Shown in pieces: positions 46,982-56,136 of a stretch of 64,000 bases of DNA. Source of the stretch: Minisyncoccota bacterium (GTDB lineage: Bacteria; Patescibacteriota; Minisyncoccia; UBA6257; GWB1-50-10); contig JAYRXE010000037.1 of assembly GCA_041917695.1 (NCBI GenBank), positions 609,013 through 673,012 on the forward strand, read 5' to 3'. Below the pieces are notes generated by a model that saw nothing but the letters and a program-made list of their open reading frames with translations, did not search any database and was not told where the DNA came from. Positions within the stretch are counted from its first letter, which is position 1, and each line of letters starts with the position of its first letter. The translations under genes were made by a program, and so were the position numbers.

Positions 46982-48022
46982 ATGGAACACGAATCTGAAA
47001 AGAAAACGCTCGCACGGCTCATGCCGTATGTTTCACTGTGCTTTTTTTTCCTCGTCTCTGCAGGAGCGGCGGCATTCCAGAATCAACGGATAAACCCCGG
47101 CATCTTCCGGACGATGTTCGCGGGACCGCAACAGCAGATCTTTTTTTCCGGCCTTCGCACGCTTGTGATATTCATACTTTTTGGCCTGCTTTTTTCTGCG
47201 GTGGGATTTTCCATACGGGCGGTGCTCCACCGGCACGATGCCGCCCGCGTTCGCGAGTACCTTAAAAAATCCCCGAAAACCACCGCTCAGATTGCACGCC
47301 GCATCGTTTCATCCTTTTGGCTCGTCATTATGAACCTCATGCTCGTGCCAATCGTCATTTCATCCATCAACCGTTCCGCCGTCGGACGATTATGGGACGA
47401 ACGCATTCTCGCTCTCGACCGCACACTCACCGGTCTTTACCCCTTCATCGCGCTCGGCAATATTGCATATCCTTCGTGGCTCTTTGAATCCATCGCCTTC
47501 TCTTACTTCCAAATCGGCTCCGCACTCGTTGTTTTTGCCATCGTGCTCCTCATGAAGAGCAAACGGCTTTACCACGAGTTCGTCGCGGCGTATTTCATAT
47601 CCTTTATCGCTCTCATCCTCCTGTGGTTTTCCTTTCCCACCATTTCTCCGGTCGCGCGTTTCATTAAAAACGACTTCGCGCTCCGCACTTCTCCCGCGGT
47701 GAGCCGGGAACTTCACAATTACCACCCCAGCGAGCGCCTCAAGGGCATCCATCGGGATTGGAGCATCACGTCGGCGACCGCCTTCCCGAGCGCGCATATC
47801 GTCTGGCTCACGCTCATCGGAATCTATCTCTTCCGGTTCAACCGGAAGGGGTTTCTCATTACCTTGCCTTTCCTGCTTCTTTCAGCGTCGGGCACGGTGA
47901 TTCTCGCGGTGCATTATCTCGCCGACGTCTTCGCCGGGATTCTCGTCGCCGTTTTGGGAATGATTATCGCCGATTGGCTCGCGAAAAAACCGCTCCCTCA
48001 CCGATTACGACGCCTGCCGTGA
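46982..48022 (+). CDS. PAP2-superfamily membrane phosphatase (type-2 phosphatidic-acid-phosphatase fold) with an extended N-terminal membrane domain
   Basis: C-terminal PSGH-like (SFPSAHI) and SRxxxxxHxxxD-like (HYLADVFAGI) motifs. About 8 TM helices. Confidence 0.55.
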   Translation: MEHESEKKTLARLMPYVSLCFFFLVSAGAAAFQNQRINPGIFRTMFAGPQQQIFFSGLRTLVIFILFGLLFSAVGFSIRAVLHRHDAARVREYLKKSPKTTAQIARRIVSSFWLVIMNLMLVPIVISSINRSAVGRLWDERILALDRTLTGLYPFIALGNIAYPSWLFESIAFSYFQIGSALVVFAIVLLMKSKRLYHEFVAAYFISFIALILLWFSFPTISPVARFIKNDFALRTSPAVSRELHNYHPSERLKGIHRDWSITSATAFPSAHIVWLTLIGIYLFRFNRKGFLITLPFLLLSASGTVILAVHYLADVFAGILVAVLGMIIADWLAKKPLPHRLRRLP

Positions 48023-48882
48023 AAACTTTTATGTATCTCTTTCAGCTCTTTGTTGGTGAGATGCGTATAGATTTGTGTCGTTGAGACATTCGCGTGCCCC
48101 AAGAGCGCCTGCACCGAACGGAGGTCGGCGCCGTTTATTAAAAGGTCGGTTGCAAACGAATGCCGTATTTGGTGCGGATGGACGCGTTTTGCAATGCCCG
48201 CTTTCCGCGCATACCGGTCGACTAACCTCTCCACAGTGCGGGAGGTGATGCGCCCGATGACCTTTCCGGCGCGGGAAAAACTCGCGAAAAGATACTCTTC
48301 GGGATCCGTGCGCTTTTCGAGATAGCGCTTGATCGCCGTCTTCGCTCCGTCGGAAAGGAAGACGATGCGCAATTTGTCGCCCTTTCCGCGAACGGAGAGC
48401 TCTCCGCGGACGAGGTCCATGCGGCGGGGGAGCGCGCACAATTCCGAGACGCGCAAGCCGGTGGAAAAAAGCGTTTCGAGAAGCGCTCGGTCCCGGAGCG
48501 CGGCGATATCGTTTCCTTCGGGCGCCTTGAGGAGCCTTTCCAATTCGGCATACTCAAGCGTTTCGATATCCCGCCGCGCTATTTTCGGGAGCTCAATCAC
48601 GTCCGGAGAGACCGGCGCCCCGCCCCGCTTCGCCAAAAACTTCAGGAAATTCCGTATGGCGATGACGTAATAGCTTTGCGTCGCTTTCTTGAGATTTTTG
48701 CGCGCGAGCGAAGCGCGGAAGGTCCGAATACTTCCCTCTGAGATGTCCGCCGTACTTTTCAGATTCGTCTCGGCGAAAAAAGCGCGCAAATAACGGCTGT
48801 AATTCTCAACTGTTTTCTCCGACCGGTTCTTTTCGATGACCAAATAGTCGAGGTATTCCTGGAGTGCCGTATCTGCCTTCAT
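47998..48882 (-). CDS. xerC: Site-specific tyrosine recombinase, XerC/XerD type
   Basis: N-terminal SAM-like domain (LQEYLDYLVIEKNRSEKTVENY). Catalytic R...K...HxxR...Y (ARGGAP, HQIRHSFAT, LGHANVSTTQIYTHL). 294 aa from the ATG at 48882. The long track ORF is over-extended. It overlaps the PAP2 gene convergently by 25 nt. Confidence 0.85.
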   Translation of the reverse strand: MKADTALQEYLDYLVIEKNRSEKTVENYSRYLRAFFAETNLKSTADISEGSIRTFRASLARKNLKKATQSYYVIAIRNFLKFLAKRGGAPVSPDVIELPKIARRDIETLEYAELERLLKAPEGNDIAALRDRALLETLFSTGLRVSELCALPRRMDLVRGELSVRGKGDKLRIVFLSDGAKTAIKRYLEKRTDPEEYLFASFSRAGKVIGRITSRTVERLVDRYARKAGIAKRVHPHQIRHSFATDLLINGADLRSVQALLGHANVSTTQIYTHLTNKELKEIHKSFHGRRRNR

Positions 48883-48915
48883 TGAGAGTAGTGTACCACG
48901 ATTTCCCTGCCTATT

Positions 48916-48944
48916 TTGACATTTTCCGGGCTTTACGGTAGAAT
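48916..48944 (+). promoter_or_regulatory. Consensus sigma70 promoter of rpsO: -35 TTGACA, 17-nt spacer, -10 TAGAAT; 10 nt before the ATG
   Basis: Exact hexamers and spacing. The predicted transcription start is 3-4 nt from the start codon, so the mRNA is leaderless or near-leaderless. Confidence 0.65.
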
Positions 48945-48954
48945 CCTTCCATCT

Positions 48955-49221
48955 ATGCTTTCTAAGACGAAAAAGACCCGCGTCATCGCGGACTATAAAC
49001 TGCACGAAACGGACACGGGTTCCGCCGAGGTGCAAATCGCGCTTTTGACGCGCCAGATCAAGGAACTCGCCGACCACCTGAAAAAACACCCGAAAGACCA
49101 CCACTCCCGCCGCGGCCTTCTGATGATGGTCGGCAAACGCCGCCGGTTCATGCAGTTTCTCCAGAAAAGCGACGTTAAAAAGTACGAGAAGCTTTCGAAG
49201 AAACTCGCGCTCGACCTCTAA
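48955..49221 (+). CDS. rpsO: 30S ribosomal protein S15
   Basis: MLSKTKKTRVIADYKLHETDTGSAEVQIALLTRQIKELADHLKKHPKDHHSRRGLLMMVGKRRR. Start assigned to the ATG at 48955. The track start is over-extended. Confidence 0.9.
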   Translation: MLSKTKKTRVIADYKLHETDTGSAEVQIALLTRQIKELADHLKKHPKDHHSRRGLLMMVGKRRRFMQFLQKSDVKKYEKLSKKLALDL

Positions 49222-49236
49222 GCTCTTCGTCCGGCC

Positions 49237-49788
49237 ATGCACGCAAACGAACGGGTCGGAATCTTCGTCGATGCCCAGAACATCTACCATTCGGCGAAAA
49301 ATCTCCGCGCCTCGCGGGTAAACTTTTCCGAGCTGAAACGCGCCCTCCTTGCGGGGCGTTCTGCTATACGCGCCTTTTCATACGTGGTGCGGAGCGAAGA
49401 AGAACTCCAGGAAAAAACCGGCGAGGAGTCTTTTTTTGAAGCCCTCAAAAACGCGGGCTTTGAATTAAGGCTGAAAGACATCCAGGTATACCCCGGAGGA
49501 TTTAAGAAAGCCGATTGGGACGTGGGACTCGCCATCGATGCCGTCCGTATCGCCTCCTCGCTGGATACGGTCATTCTCGTAACAGGAGACGGAGACTTCA
49601 TTCCGCTCGTTGAATACCTCAAATGGGGATTGGGAAAGCGGGTGGAAGTTGCGGGATTTTCACGGACGACCTCCGGCAAGCTCCGTGAAGTCGCCGACCA
49701 ATTCACCGAACTCGACAAGCTCCCCAAAATGCTCATCCCCATCAACCAAAAACGGGGGCGGGGACGATTCCCAAAAAAGGCGAAATAA
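49237..49788 (+). CDS. NYN/LabA-like domain protein (predicted PIN-like ribonuclease), inserted between rpsO and pnp
   Basis: GIFVDAQNIY...VILVTGDGDFIPLV pattern of NYN-domain proteins. Confidence 0.6.
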   Translation: MHANERVGIFVDAQNIYHSAKNLRASRVNFSELKRALLAGRSAIRAFSYVVRSEEELQEKTGEESFFEALKNAGFELRLKDIQVYPGGFKKADWDVGLAIDAVRIASSLDTVILVTGDGDFIPLVEYLKWGLGKRVEVAGFSRTTSGKLREVADQFTELDKLPKMLIPINQKRGRGRFPKKAK

Positions 49789-49804
49789 AAAATAAAACAC
49801 ATTT

Positions 49805-51862
49805 ATGGATCTCAATAAAAAAACATACCGAACCGTCCTTCACGGCGAAGACCTCTCGATTGAAGTCTCGGCGCTCGCGGGGCAGGCGAACGCCGCCGTC
49901 TTCGGAAAATGGGGCGGGACCACGGTCCTTGCGACCGCAGTCATGTCGAAGCTCGACAAGGGAGGGGATTTCTTTCCGCTCACCGTCGATTACGAGGAGC
50001 GTTTTTACGCAGCCGGAAAAATTCTCGGCAGCAAGTTCGTGCGCCGGGAAAACCGGCCCACCGACGAAGCGATCCTTTCCGCCCGCCTTATCGATCGGAC
50101 AATCCGCCCGCTCTTTGACCATCGCTTGAGGCGCGAAGTGCAGATCGTCGTCACCGTTCTCACCTACGACGAGCGCCATGATCCCGATGTCATCGGCCTT
50201 ATCGCCGTCTCCACGGCTCTCGGCATCTCCGATATCCCCTGGAACGGTCCCGTCGGCGGGGCGAAATACGCCCAACCGGACGGGGAAAAAGGGAAAGGCT
50301 ATCGCGCTTTCTTTGCGGGACCGAAAGGCCATATCAACATGATCGAGTTTGAAGGCAAGGAAGTTCCAAAGGAAGTTGCCCTGCAGGCTTTTGCGGAAGG
50401 CGAGCGCGACATTGCCGCGCTTGTCGACTTCCAGGAAAAAATAATCGCCGATATCGGCAAACCGAAAGCGGACGTGCATTTGGGAGCTCCCGACGAGGCG
50501 CTTGTCACCAAAGTACGGGAGTTTACCGACGGAAAAATTGAAGAAGCAATCCGCACAAAGACCATCGAACACTTGAAGGAACTGCTTTTCGCGTCGCTTA
50601 CGGCCGACGGAGCGGATGAAGCAACACTTCGCGCCGCCGAACAGATTTTTGAAACCGAATTCGACACCCATGTCCACGTTGATGCCTTGAAGAACAACCG
50701 ACGCCCGGACGGACGCGCCTTTGACGAGATTCGCGACCTCCACGCGGAAATCGCGCCCTTGCCGCTTACCCACGGTTCGGGCCTTTTTATCCGGGGCACG
50801 ACCCAAGTGCTTGCCGTCGCCACGCTCGACTCCCTGAAAGCCGAACAGCTTGTGGAATCGATGGAAGGACTCACCGCGAAACGCTTCATGCTCCATTACA
50901 ACTTCCCCAAATTCGCCACGGGTGAAACCGGCAAAGGCGGCAGGGGGCCCGGCCGGCGGGAAATCGGCCACGGGGCGCTTGCCGCAAAAGCGGTTTCCGC
51001 GATGATACCGCCCAAAGAAGAATTCCCGTATGCAATCCGCATCGTTGCGGAAACGCTTTCTTCAAACGGCTCTTCCTCCCAAGCCTCGACCTGCGCGGCC
51101 TCGCTCGCCCTCATGGATGCGGGAGTTCCCATCAAGCGCCACGTGGCGGGCATCGCCATCGGCCTCATGCTTGAAGAGAACGGGGACGGCTATAAGATTC
51201 TCACCGACATTCAAGGCCCCGAAGACCACTACGGCGACATGGATTTCAAAGTCGCCGGAACCCGCGAAGGACTTACCGCTATCCAGATGGACGTCAAAGT
51301 CCGCGGCATCACGAAAAAGATTTTTGAAGAAGCGCTTGTCGCGGGAGAAAAAGCCCGGATGCAAATCTTGGACGTCATGGAACGCGCTATTCCCGCGCCC
51401 CGTCCGGAAGTTTCCGAATATGCCCCGAAAGTGTCCATCATTCATCTTCCCGAGTACAAGATCGGCGAGGTGATCGGTTCGGGGGGTAAGAACATCCAGG
51501 GACTCATCGCGGCCGTCGGCGGAGAAGTGACCATCGATATCGAAGACGACGGCACGACCTATATCACCGGCGTCAAAAAGGATTTGGTGGAACGAACCAT
51601 CAAGTCCATCGAAGCCATCATCAAGGAATATGAAGTGGGGGAGGTCGTAACGGGTCCCGTCGTGAAAATCCTTGAGTTCGGAGCCATTGTCGACCTGGGG
51701 GGAGGGAATGACGGCATGATCCACGTGTCCGAATTGAAGGAAGGATTCGTGGACCGCGTCGAAGACGTCCTGAAACTCGGCGAAGTGGTCACGGCAAAGG
51801 TGGTGAAAATCGACCGAGAGCGCGGAAAAATAGGCCTTTCGTTGAAGGCTATGAAATCCTAA
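49805..51862 (+). CDS. pnp: Polynucleotide phosphorylase
   Basis: Two RNase-PH domains, a KH domain (GSGGKNIQGLIAAVG) and an S1 domain at the C-terminus. Confidence 0.9.
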   Translation: MDLNKKTYRTVLHGEDLSIEVSALAGQANAAVFGKWGGTTVLATAVMSKLDKGGDFFPLTVDYEERFYAAGKILGSKFVRRENRPTDEAILSARLIDRTIRPLFDHRLRREVQIVVTVLTYDERHDPDVIGLIAVSTALGISDIPWNGPVGGAKYAQPDGEKGKGYRAFFAGPKGHINMIEFEGKEVPKEVALQAFAEGERDIAALVDFQEKIIADIGKPKADVHLGAPDEALVTKVREFTDGKIEEAIRTKTIEHLKELLFASLTADGADEATLRAAEQIFETEFDTHVHVDALKNNRRPDGRAFDEIRDLHAEIAPLPLTHGSGLFIRGTTQVLAVATLDSLKAEQLVESMEGLTAKRFMLHYNFPKFATGETGKGGRGPGRREIGHGALAAKAVSAMIPPKEEFPYAIRIVAETLSSNGSSSQASTCAASLALMDAGVPIKRHVAGIAIGLMLEENGDGYKILTDIQGPEDHYGDMDFKVAGTREGLTAIQMDVKVRGITKKIFEEALVAGEKARMQILDVMERAIPAPRPEVSEYAPKVSIIHLPEYKIGEVIGSGGKNIQGLIAAVGGEVTIDIEDDGTTYITGVKKDLVERTIKSIEAIIKEYEVGEVVTGPVVKILEFGAIVDLGGGNDGMIHVSELKEGFVDRVEDVLKLGEVVTAKVVKIDRERGKIGLSLKAMKS

Positions 51863-51880
51863 GTACCGCGTCTTGGCGCC

Positions 51881-51908
51881 AAAAACCCCTCACGGGGTTT
51901 TTGTTTTT
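51881..51908 (+). terminator. Terminator after pnp (CCCC-tcac-GGGG followed by TTTTTGTTTTT)
   Basis: Short GC stem with a long U-tract. Confidence 0.5.
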
Positions 51909-51924
51909 ACCTCAAAAGCCTTGA

Positions 51925-51952
51925 TTTACAGCGAAATCAGAAGTGGTAGAAT
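51925..51952 (+). promoter_or_regulatory. Promoter with an extended -10 (TGgTAGAAT at 51944-51952; -35 TTTACA) ending 6 nt before the ATG at 51959
   Basis: TG-n-TAGAAT. The predicted transcription start coincides with the start codon (leaderless). Confidence 0.5.
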
Positions 51953-51958
51953 TGAGCC

Positions 51959-53020
51959 ATGGAACCCGACCGTCAAAACGGGAAAAAAGAGTCGAAACTC
52001 ATCGGAACCGGTGAAGGGGAGTCGCCCTTGGCCAGCGTTCCGTTCCAAAAAATAGAAATGCGCACCATGCAATCAGATATGTCTTCAATCGCGCAGTCGG
52101 GCGGAGGAAACCCCGCACCGTACTCGCCGGGAGCGACGCCGTCCGCGTCCTCCGCGCCCCAGGGAATTGCGCCGGGGTCGTTCAACGTGGCCGATATGTC
52201 GACGGGAGGAACGCCGCCGACCATTCCGCAAACGCCGACTCCGCCGTCGTATCCTTCTCCTTCAGGAAACGGCAACAAACACCTCTTCATGTGGCTCATG
52301 ATCGGTCTTGCGATTCTCATTATCGCGGCGGCCGCCTATTTCTTCCTCATTCCGTTCCTCCAGAATCCCACCGGCGAATTGCCGGCGGTTACGGAAACGC
52401 AGGAAACCACGGAAGTAACCGAAGAGGAACCGGCGACCACCCAGGAAAATTTGCCGGAAACGCTCGAAATACACGCCTCCTTCTTCAAAACGCCTGCGGA
52501 CCTCACCTCCGAGGTGAAGCCCGAGTCGTTTACCGCAGCCGGCGTCAAGGCGGCGATTCAGCCCGCTTCGACTACCGTCGCGCTCTTCAAAGAGCTCGTG
52601 ATAAAGACCCCGGAGAACAAGCCGGTAACCTTCAGCACCTTCTCCAAGCTCTTCTTCCCGACGTTCTTCACGTCGGACCGGACGTTGAATTTCCAGGACG
52701 ATTTTACCTTTGTTTCTTACACGAACAAATCGGGCACGTGGCTCGGCTTCGTCGCGAAACTTAAGGATTCGAGCGATATGGCTTTCGTGCAAAGCGAAAT
52801 GAACGCATTTCAATCCGAACCCGCCATTAAGGACTTCTACCTTACCGACCCGGGAACCCAGCTTTCCTGGAAGGACGGTAAAATCGGCAGCCGCGCGGCG
52901 TCAGTCCTTGAATTCTCAACTCGGGGACAGGAATTCGCCTACGTGTGGTTTGACCGCTACCTTATCGTGAGCTCAAATCTCGAAGGAGCGGCACAAATCG
53001 CCAAACACCTCGGCTATTAA
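51959..53020 (+). CDS. Hypothetical membrane-anchored protein with a Pro/Thr/Ser-rich N-terminal region and one TM helix
   Basis: Low-complexity N-terminal 100 aa, TM (LFMWLMIGLAILIIAAAAYFFLIPF), C-terminal globular domain. Confidence 0.45.
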   Translation: MEPDRQNGKKESKLIGTGEGESPLASVPFQKIEMRTMQSDMSSIAQSGGGNPAPYSPGATPSASSAPQGIAPGSFNVADMSTGGTPPTIPQTPTPPSYPSPSGNGNKHLFMWLMIGLAILIIAAAAYFFLIPFLQNPTGELPAVTETQETTEVTEEEPATTQENLPETLEIHASFFKTPADLTSEVKPESFTAAGVKAAIQPASTTVALFKELVIKTPENKPVTFSTFSKLFFPTFFTSDRTLNFQDDFTFVSYTNKSGTWLGFVAKLKDSSDMAFVQSEMNAFQSEPAIKDFYLTDPGTQLSWKDGKIGSRAASVLEFSTRGQEFAYVWFDRYLIVSSNLEGAAQIAKHLGY

Positions 53021-53024
53021 GCTC

Positions 53025-53348
53025 ATGAATGAATACCGCGAAAAACTTCTCGCCGAAAAGCAGGAGCTGGAACACCGCATCCACGCGCTTGCCGAACCGG
53101 AGAATTTCGGCGACGACGTAGACGGCTTGGACTCGAAAACCGACGAATCGGAAGAGTTTGCGGCGAATCTCGGCATGCAGACATCTTTCGAAGCGCGCTT
53201 GGAGCGCATCGAGAAAGCCCTGCGCAAGATCGAGCATGGCGAATACGGCATTTGCGAATCGTGCGGGAAGCCTATCGAAAAAGAAGTGCTTGATATCGAT
53301 CCCGAATCGGAATTGTGCCGAACGTGCAAACAAGCGGGTAAGGAATAA
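53025..53348 (+). CDS. DksA/TraR-family C4-type zinc-finger protein
   Basis: Coiled-coil N-terminus and CESCGKPI...CRTC zinc finger. Confidence 0.65.
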   Translation: MNEYREKLLAEKQELEHRIHALAEPENFGDDVDGLDSKTDESEEFAANLGMQTSFEARLERIEKALRKIEHGEYGICESCGKPIEKEVLDIDPESELCRTCKQAGKE

Positions 53349-53354
53349 TAGTCT

Positions 53355-54881
53355 ATGAGTTCCGTCCCTCGCCTTCTATCCGCAGAGCTTGAAGGAATAA
53401 CGGGGGAACCGGTATATGTGGAGGCCGACGTGAACGTCGGCCTCCATTCTTTTACCATTGTCGGCTTGGCGGACAAGGCTGTTTCCGAAGCGAAGGAACG
53501 GGTGAATTCAGCCCTGAAAAATGCGGGCGTGAAACCGCCGACTAAGGAAAATCGGCGCATCACCATCAACCTCGCCCCCGCAGACCTCAAAAAAGCCGGT
53601 TCGCGGTTTGATCTTCCGATTGCGCTCGCGTATCTGATGGCGACCGGACAGATGAAGCCTTTCCCAGCCGCGGACAAGCTTTTCGTCGGCGAATTGTCGC
53701 TCGACGGGACGCTTCGTCCCGTCACGGGCGTCATTAACATTGCCCGCCTTGCGAAACGTCTCCGTGTCGCCGAGCTTTTCGTGCCGCGCGAAAACGCGGA
53801 CGAAGCCGCGCTTATGGCAGGCGTGAAGATTATCCCCGTCGGGCACATCCGCGATGCGATACATCATCTTGAGGGGATCGCCCCCATCCGGCCGGCGGCG
53901 GCCGGCGTACTTGCGGGCGTTCATGCGCATTCAAAAACTTCGATAGACGACGTGCGTGGCCAGGAAAATGCCAAACGCGCGCTTCTCATCGCTGCGGCGG
54001 GCGGGCACAATATCCTTTTTTCGGGACCGCCGGGGGCGGGGAAAACCATGCTCGCCGAAGCATTCGCATCGCTTCTGCCTCCGCCTTCGGAAAACGAGAT
54101 TCTCGAAATCATGGAAGTGTGGAGCGCCGCCGGAGAAAAATTTGAACGGTACGCGCGTCCGTTCCGCTCACCTCATCACACCGCAAGTCCCAGCGCCATT
54201 CTCGGAGGCGGAACAAATCCGCGCCCCGGAGAAATCAGTCTCGCGCACCGCGGCGTCCTCTTTCTCGACGAACTGCCGGAATTCAGGCGGGACGTCCTCG
54301 AAGGACTCCGGCAACCGCTTGAAAACGGCACGGTCTGCGTCGCTCGTTCGAAAAAAAGCCTTGAATTTCCGGCTCGATTCATTTTCGTCGCCGCGATGAA
54401 CCCATGCCCCTGCGGATTTTTCGGCGATAAGGAGAAAGAATGCCGTTGCACCGCCTATGAGGTCTTAAAATACCAAAAACGCGTTTCAGGCCCACTCCTC
54501 GACCGCATTGATCTTCAGCTTTTCGTTCCGCGCGTACCGTATGAAGCGCTTGCCGAGAGACGGGAAAATCGGGAGATGAAACTGCGCGACCAGATTTTCC
54601 GCGCGCGCGAATTCCAGCAGACACGGCTCCGTTCGCTCGGGATTTCCGGCGAATCAAACGCAGAAATCGGCGCAAAGGATATCGAAGCAATCGCGGAACT
54701 TGAACCGGCGGGCGAAGCTTTTCTCAAGTCAGCCATGGAGAAGTCTTTTGTTTCCCCCCGAAGCTACCACAAGATACTTAAAGTAGCCCGAACTATCGCC
54801 GACCTCGACGGTGCGGAAACAATCGGAACGCCTCATCTTGCGGAAGCCTTCCATTACCGCCTTCGGGCGGGAGAGGTATAA
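53355..54881 (+). CDS. comM: YifB/ComM-family Mg-chelatase-like AAA+ ATPase
   Basis: Lon-like N-terminal domain, Walker A (GPPGAGKT), C4 motif (CPCGFFGDKEKECRC), C-terminal helical domain. An AAGGAA ribosome-binding site is upstream. Confidence 0.85.
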   Translation: MSSVPRLLSAELEGITGEPVYVEADVNVGLHSFTIVGLADKAVSEAKERVNSALKNAGVKPPTKENRRITINLAPADLKKAGSRFDLPIALAYLMATGQMKPFPAADKLFVGELSLDGTLRPVTGVINIARLAKRLRVAELFVPRENADEAALMAGVKIIPVGHIRDAIHHLEGIAPIRPAAAGVLAGVHAHSKTSIDDVRGQENAKRALLIAAAGGHNILFSGPPGAGKTMLAEAFASLLPPPSENEILEIMEVWSAAGEKFERYARPFRSPHHTASPSAILGGGTNPRPGEISLAHRGVLFLDELPEFRRDVLEGLRQPLENGTVCVARSKKSLEFPARFIFVAAMNPCPCGFFGDKEKECRCTAYEVLKYQKRVSGPLLDRIDLQLFVPRVPYEALAERRENREMKLRDQIFRAREFQQTRLRSLGISGESNAEIGAKDIEAIAELEPAGEAFLKSAMEKSFVSPRSYHKILKVARTIADLDGAETIGTPHLAEAFHYRLRAGEV

Positions 54882-54911
54882 ATAAAAAAGCGCTTCCGCG
54901 CCAATCATTCC

Positions 54912-55241
54912 TTACTCTTCGGTGGTCGTACTGTAATCAGGGGGAAAGAGCGCCGGTTTCAGGACTCCCATGTCGGATTCGAACCCTGAAAAGGCTTTTT
55001 CTATCGTCCGCGATGCGCCCAAAAACTCGACGCCGTTCGAAAAAGCGGAGGCGGTGAAATTCTTACCCGCGAATACCCCCTGCCGGGCGCGGAGCGGGCT
55101 CTCAGGAAGCCGGTACGCGGAAAAATCGAGGAATCCGAGGGCGATGGCAACGACCCCCAACGAAGCCACGAAAAGAAGCCGGTCGAAACCTTCCCGCTTT
55201 GCCAATTCCTTAAGCGTTTTCCTCATGGATGCTAGAATCAA
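54912..55241 (-). CDS. Small hypothetical membrane protein (low confidence)
   Basis: Occupies a 364-nt gap between comM and rsmA on the opposite strand. One TM helix. No motif support. Confidence 0.25.
   Translation of the reverse strand: MILASMRKTLKELAKREGFDRLLFVASLGVVAIALGFLDFSAYRLPESPLRARQGVFAGKNFTASAFSNGVEFLGASRTIEKAFSGFESDMGVLKPALFPPDYSTTTEE
55230..55238 (+). promoter_or_regulatory. Extended -10 element TGcTAGAAT, 7 nt upstream of the rsmA start codon
   Basis: Same TGnTAGAAT pattern as at 51944-51952. The -35 is weak. Confidence 0.45.
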
Positions 55242-55245
55242 TCAG

Positions 55246-56136
55246 ATGGTAATGAGTATAGCACAAGAAGGCGGGGGAGACCAGCTTTTTAAGGGTGTTC
55301 GCCCCAAGAAGTCCCTGGGCCAGCACTTCCTAAAGGATAAGAAGGTTATACGTGATATTTTAGCCCTCCTGGAGCCTGAAAAGGGCTGTATTTATGCGGA
55401 AATTGGCCCCGGGAAGGGACAGCTTACCTTTCCTTTTTTGGAACGGGAAAGGGAAAGGGGGAGCCATAATCGGTACTTTGCCCTTGAAAAAGATGATTTC
55501 CTGGCTGAAAACCTCAAAAAAGCCCTTAAAACCTATGATTTTAGCGCATTTGCAGAAGTCATCCACGGGGATGCAATCGACGAAATCCCCAGGTTAACCA
55601 CAAGGGCCTCTACGGAAGACCTAGTGGTGTTCGGTAATATCCCGTACTACCTCACCGGAAAACTCATGCGGACCCTGTGGGGCCTCCCCAAACCCCCGAA
55701 AAAGGCGGTTTTCATGGTCCAATGGGAGGTTGCAGAGCGTATCGGGGAAGAAAAAGGCCCCATGTCGAAGCTTCGCGCGGCGGTTGAGTTTTGGGGGAAG
55801 CCTTCCATAGCCTTTAAGGTCCCGAAAAACCGTTTCTCGCCGCCCCCCAAAGTTGATTCGGGAGTCGTTGTGATAACCGGAAAGGAGGGGAGCGAGAAAT
55901 GGCCCGACCGCCTGAAGGGAACTTACGAGGAAATCTTCGGCGCCCTTTTCTCCCAGCCGCGGAAGACTGCTCTCAACAATCTTTCCGCGATTTTTGGCGA
56001 TAAGAAGACCACCGAAGAATTCATCCGCTCCCTGAAACTCGAACCCGCGCAAAGACCGCACGAAATCTCATCAAAAAGCATTCTCGCGATGGCGGAAGTG
56101 TTGTATAATGAGCGCAATGGAGCGCAGAAAAAATAA
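55246..56136 (+). CDS. rsmA: 16S rRNA (adenine1518/1519-N6)-dimethyltransferase
   Basis: LGQHFL and EIGPGKGQLT SAM-binding motifs. Start candidates at 55225, 55246 and 55252. 55246 is chosen because of the -10 element at 55233-55238. Confidence 0.8.
   Translation: MVMSIAQEGGGDQLFKGVRPKKSLGQHFLKDKKVIRDILALLEPEKGCIYAEIGPGKGQLTFPFLERERERGSHNRYFALEKDDFLAENLKKALKTYDFSAFAEVIHGDAIDEIPRLTTRASTEDLVVFGNIPYYLTGKLMRTLWGLPKPPKKAVFMVQWEVAERIGEEKGPMSKLRAAVEFWGKPSIAFKVPKNRFSPPPKVDSGVVVITGKEGSEKWPDRLKGTYEEIFGALFSQPRKTALNNLSAIFGDKKTTEEFIRSLKLEPAQRPHEISSKSILAMAEVLYNERNGAQKK

Noticed and set aside
46890-48882. tRNA-Leu followed 1 kb later by a tyrosine recombinase, which could mark an integrated mobile element carrying the pilin array
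   Set aside because: The recombinase has the XerC/XerD architecture and size (294 aa, N-terminal SAM-like domain), not a phage integrase. It is oriented convergently to the PAP2 gene. No direct repeat of the tRNA 3' end was found, and the pilin array lies on the 5' side of the tRNA.
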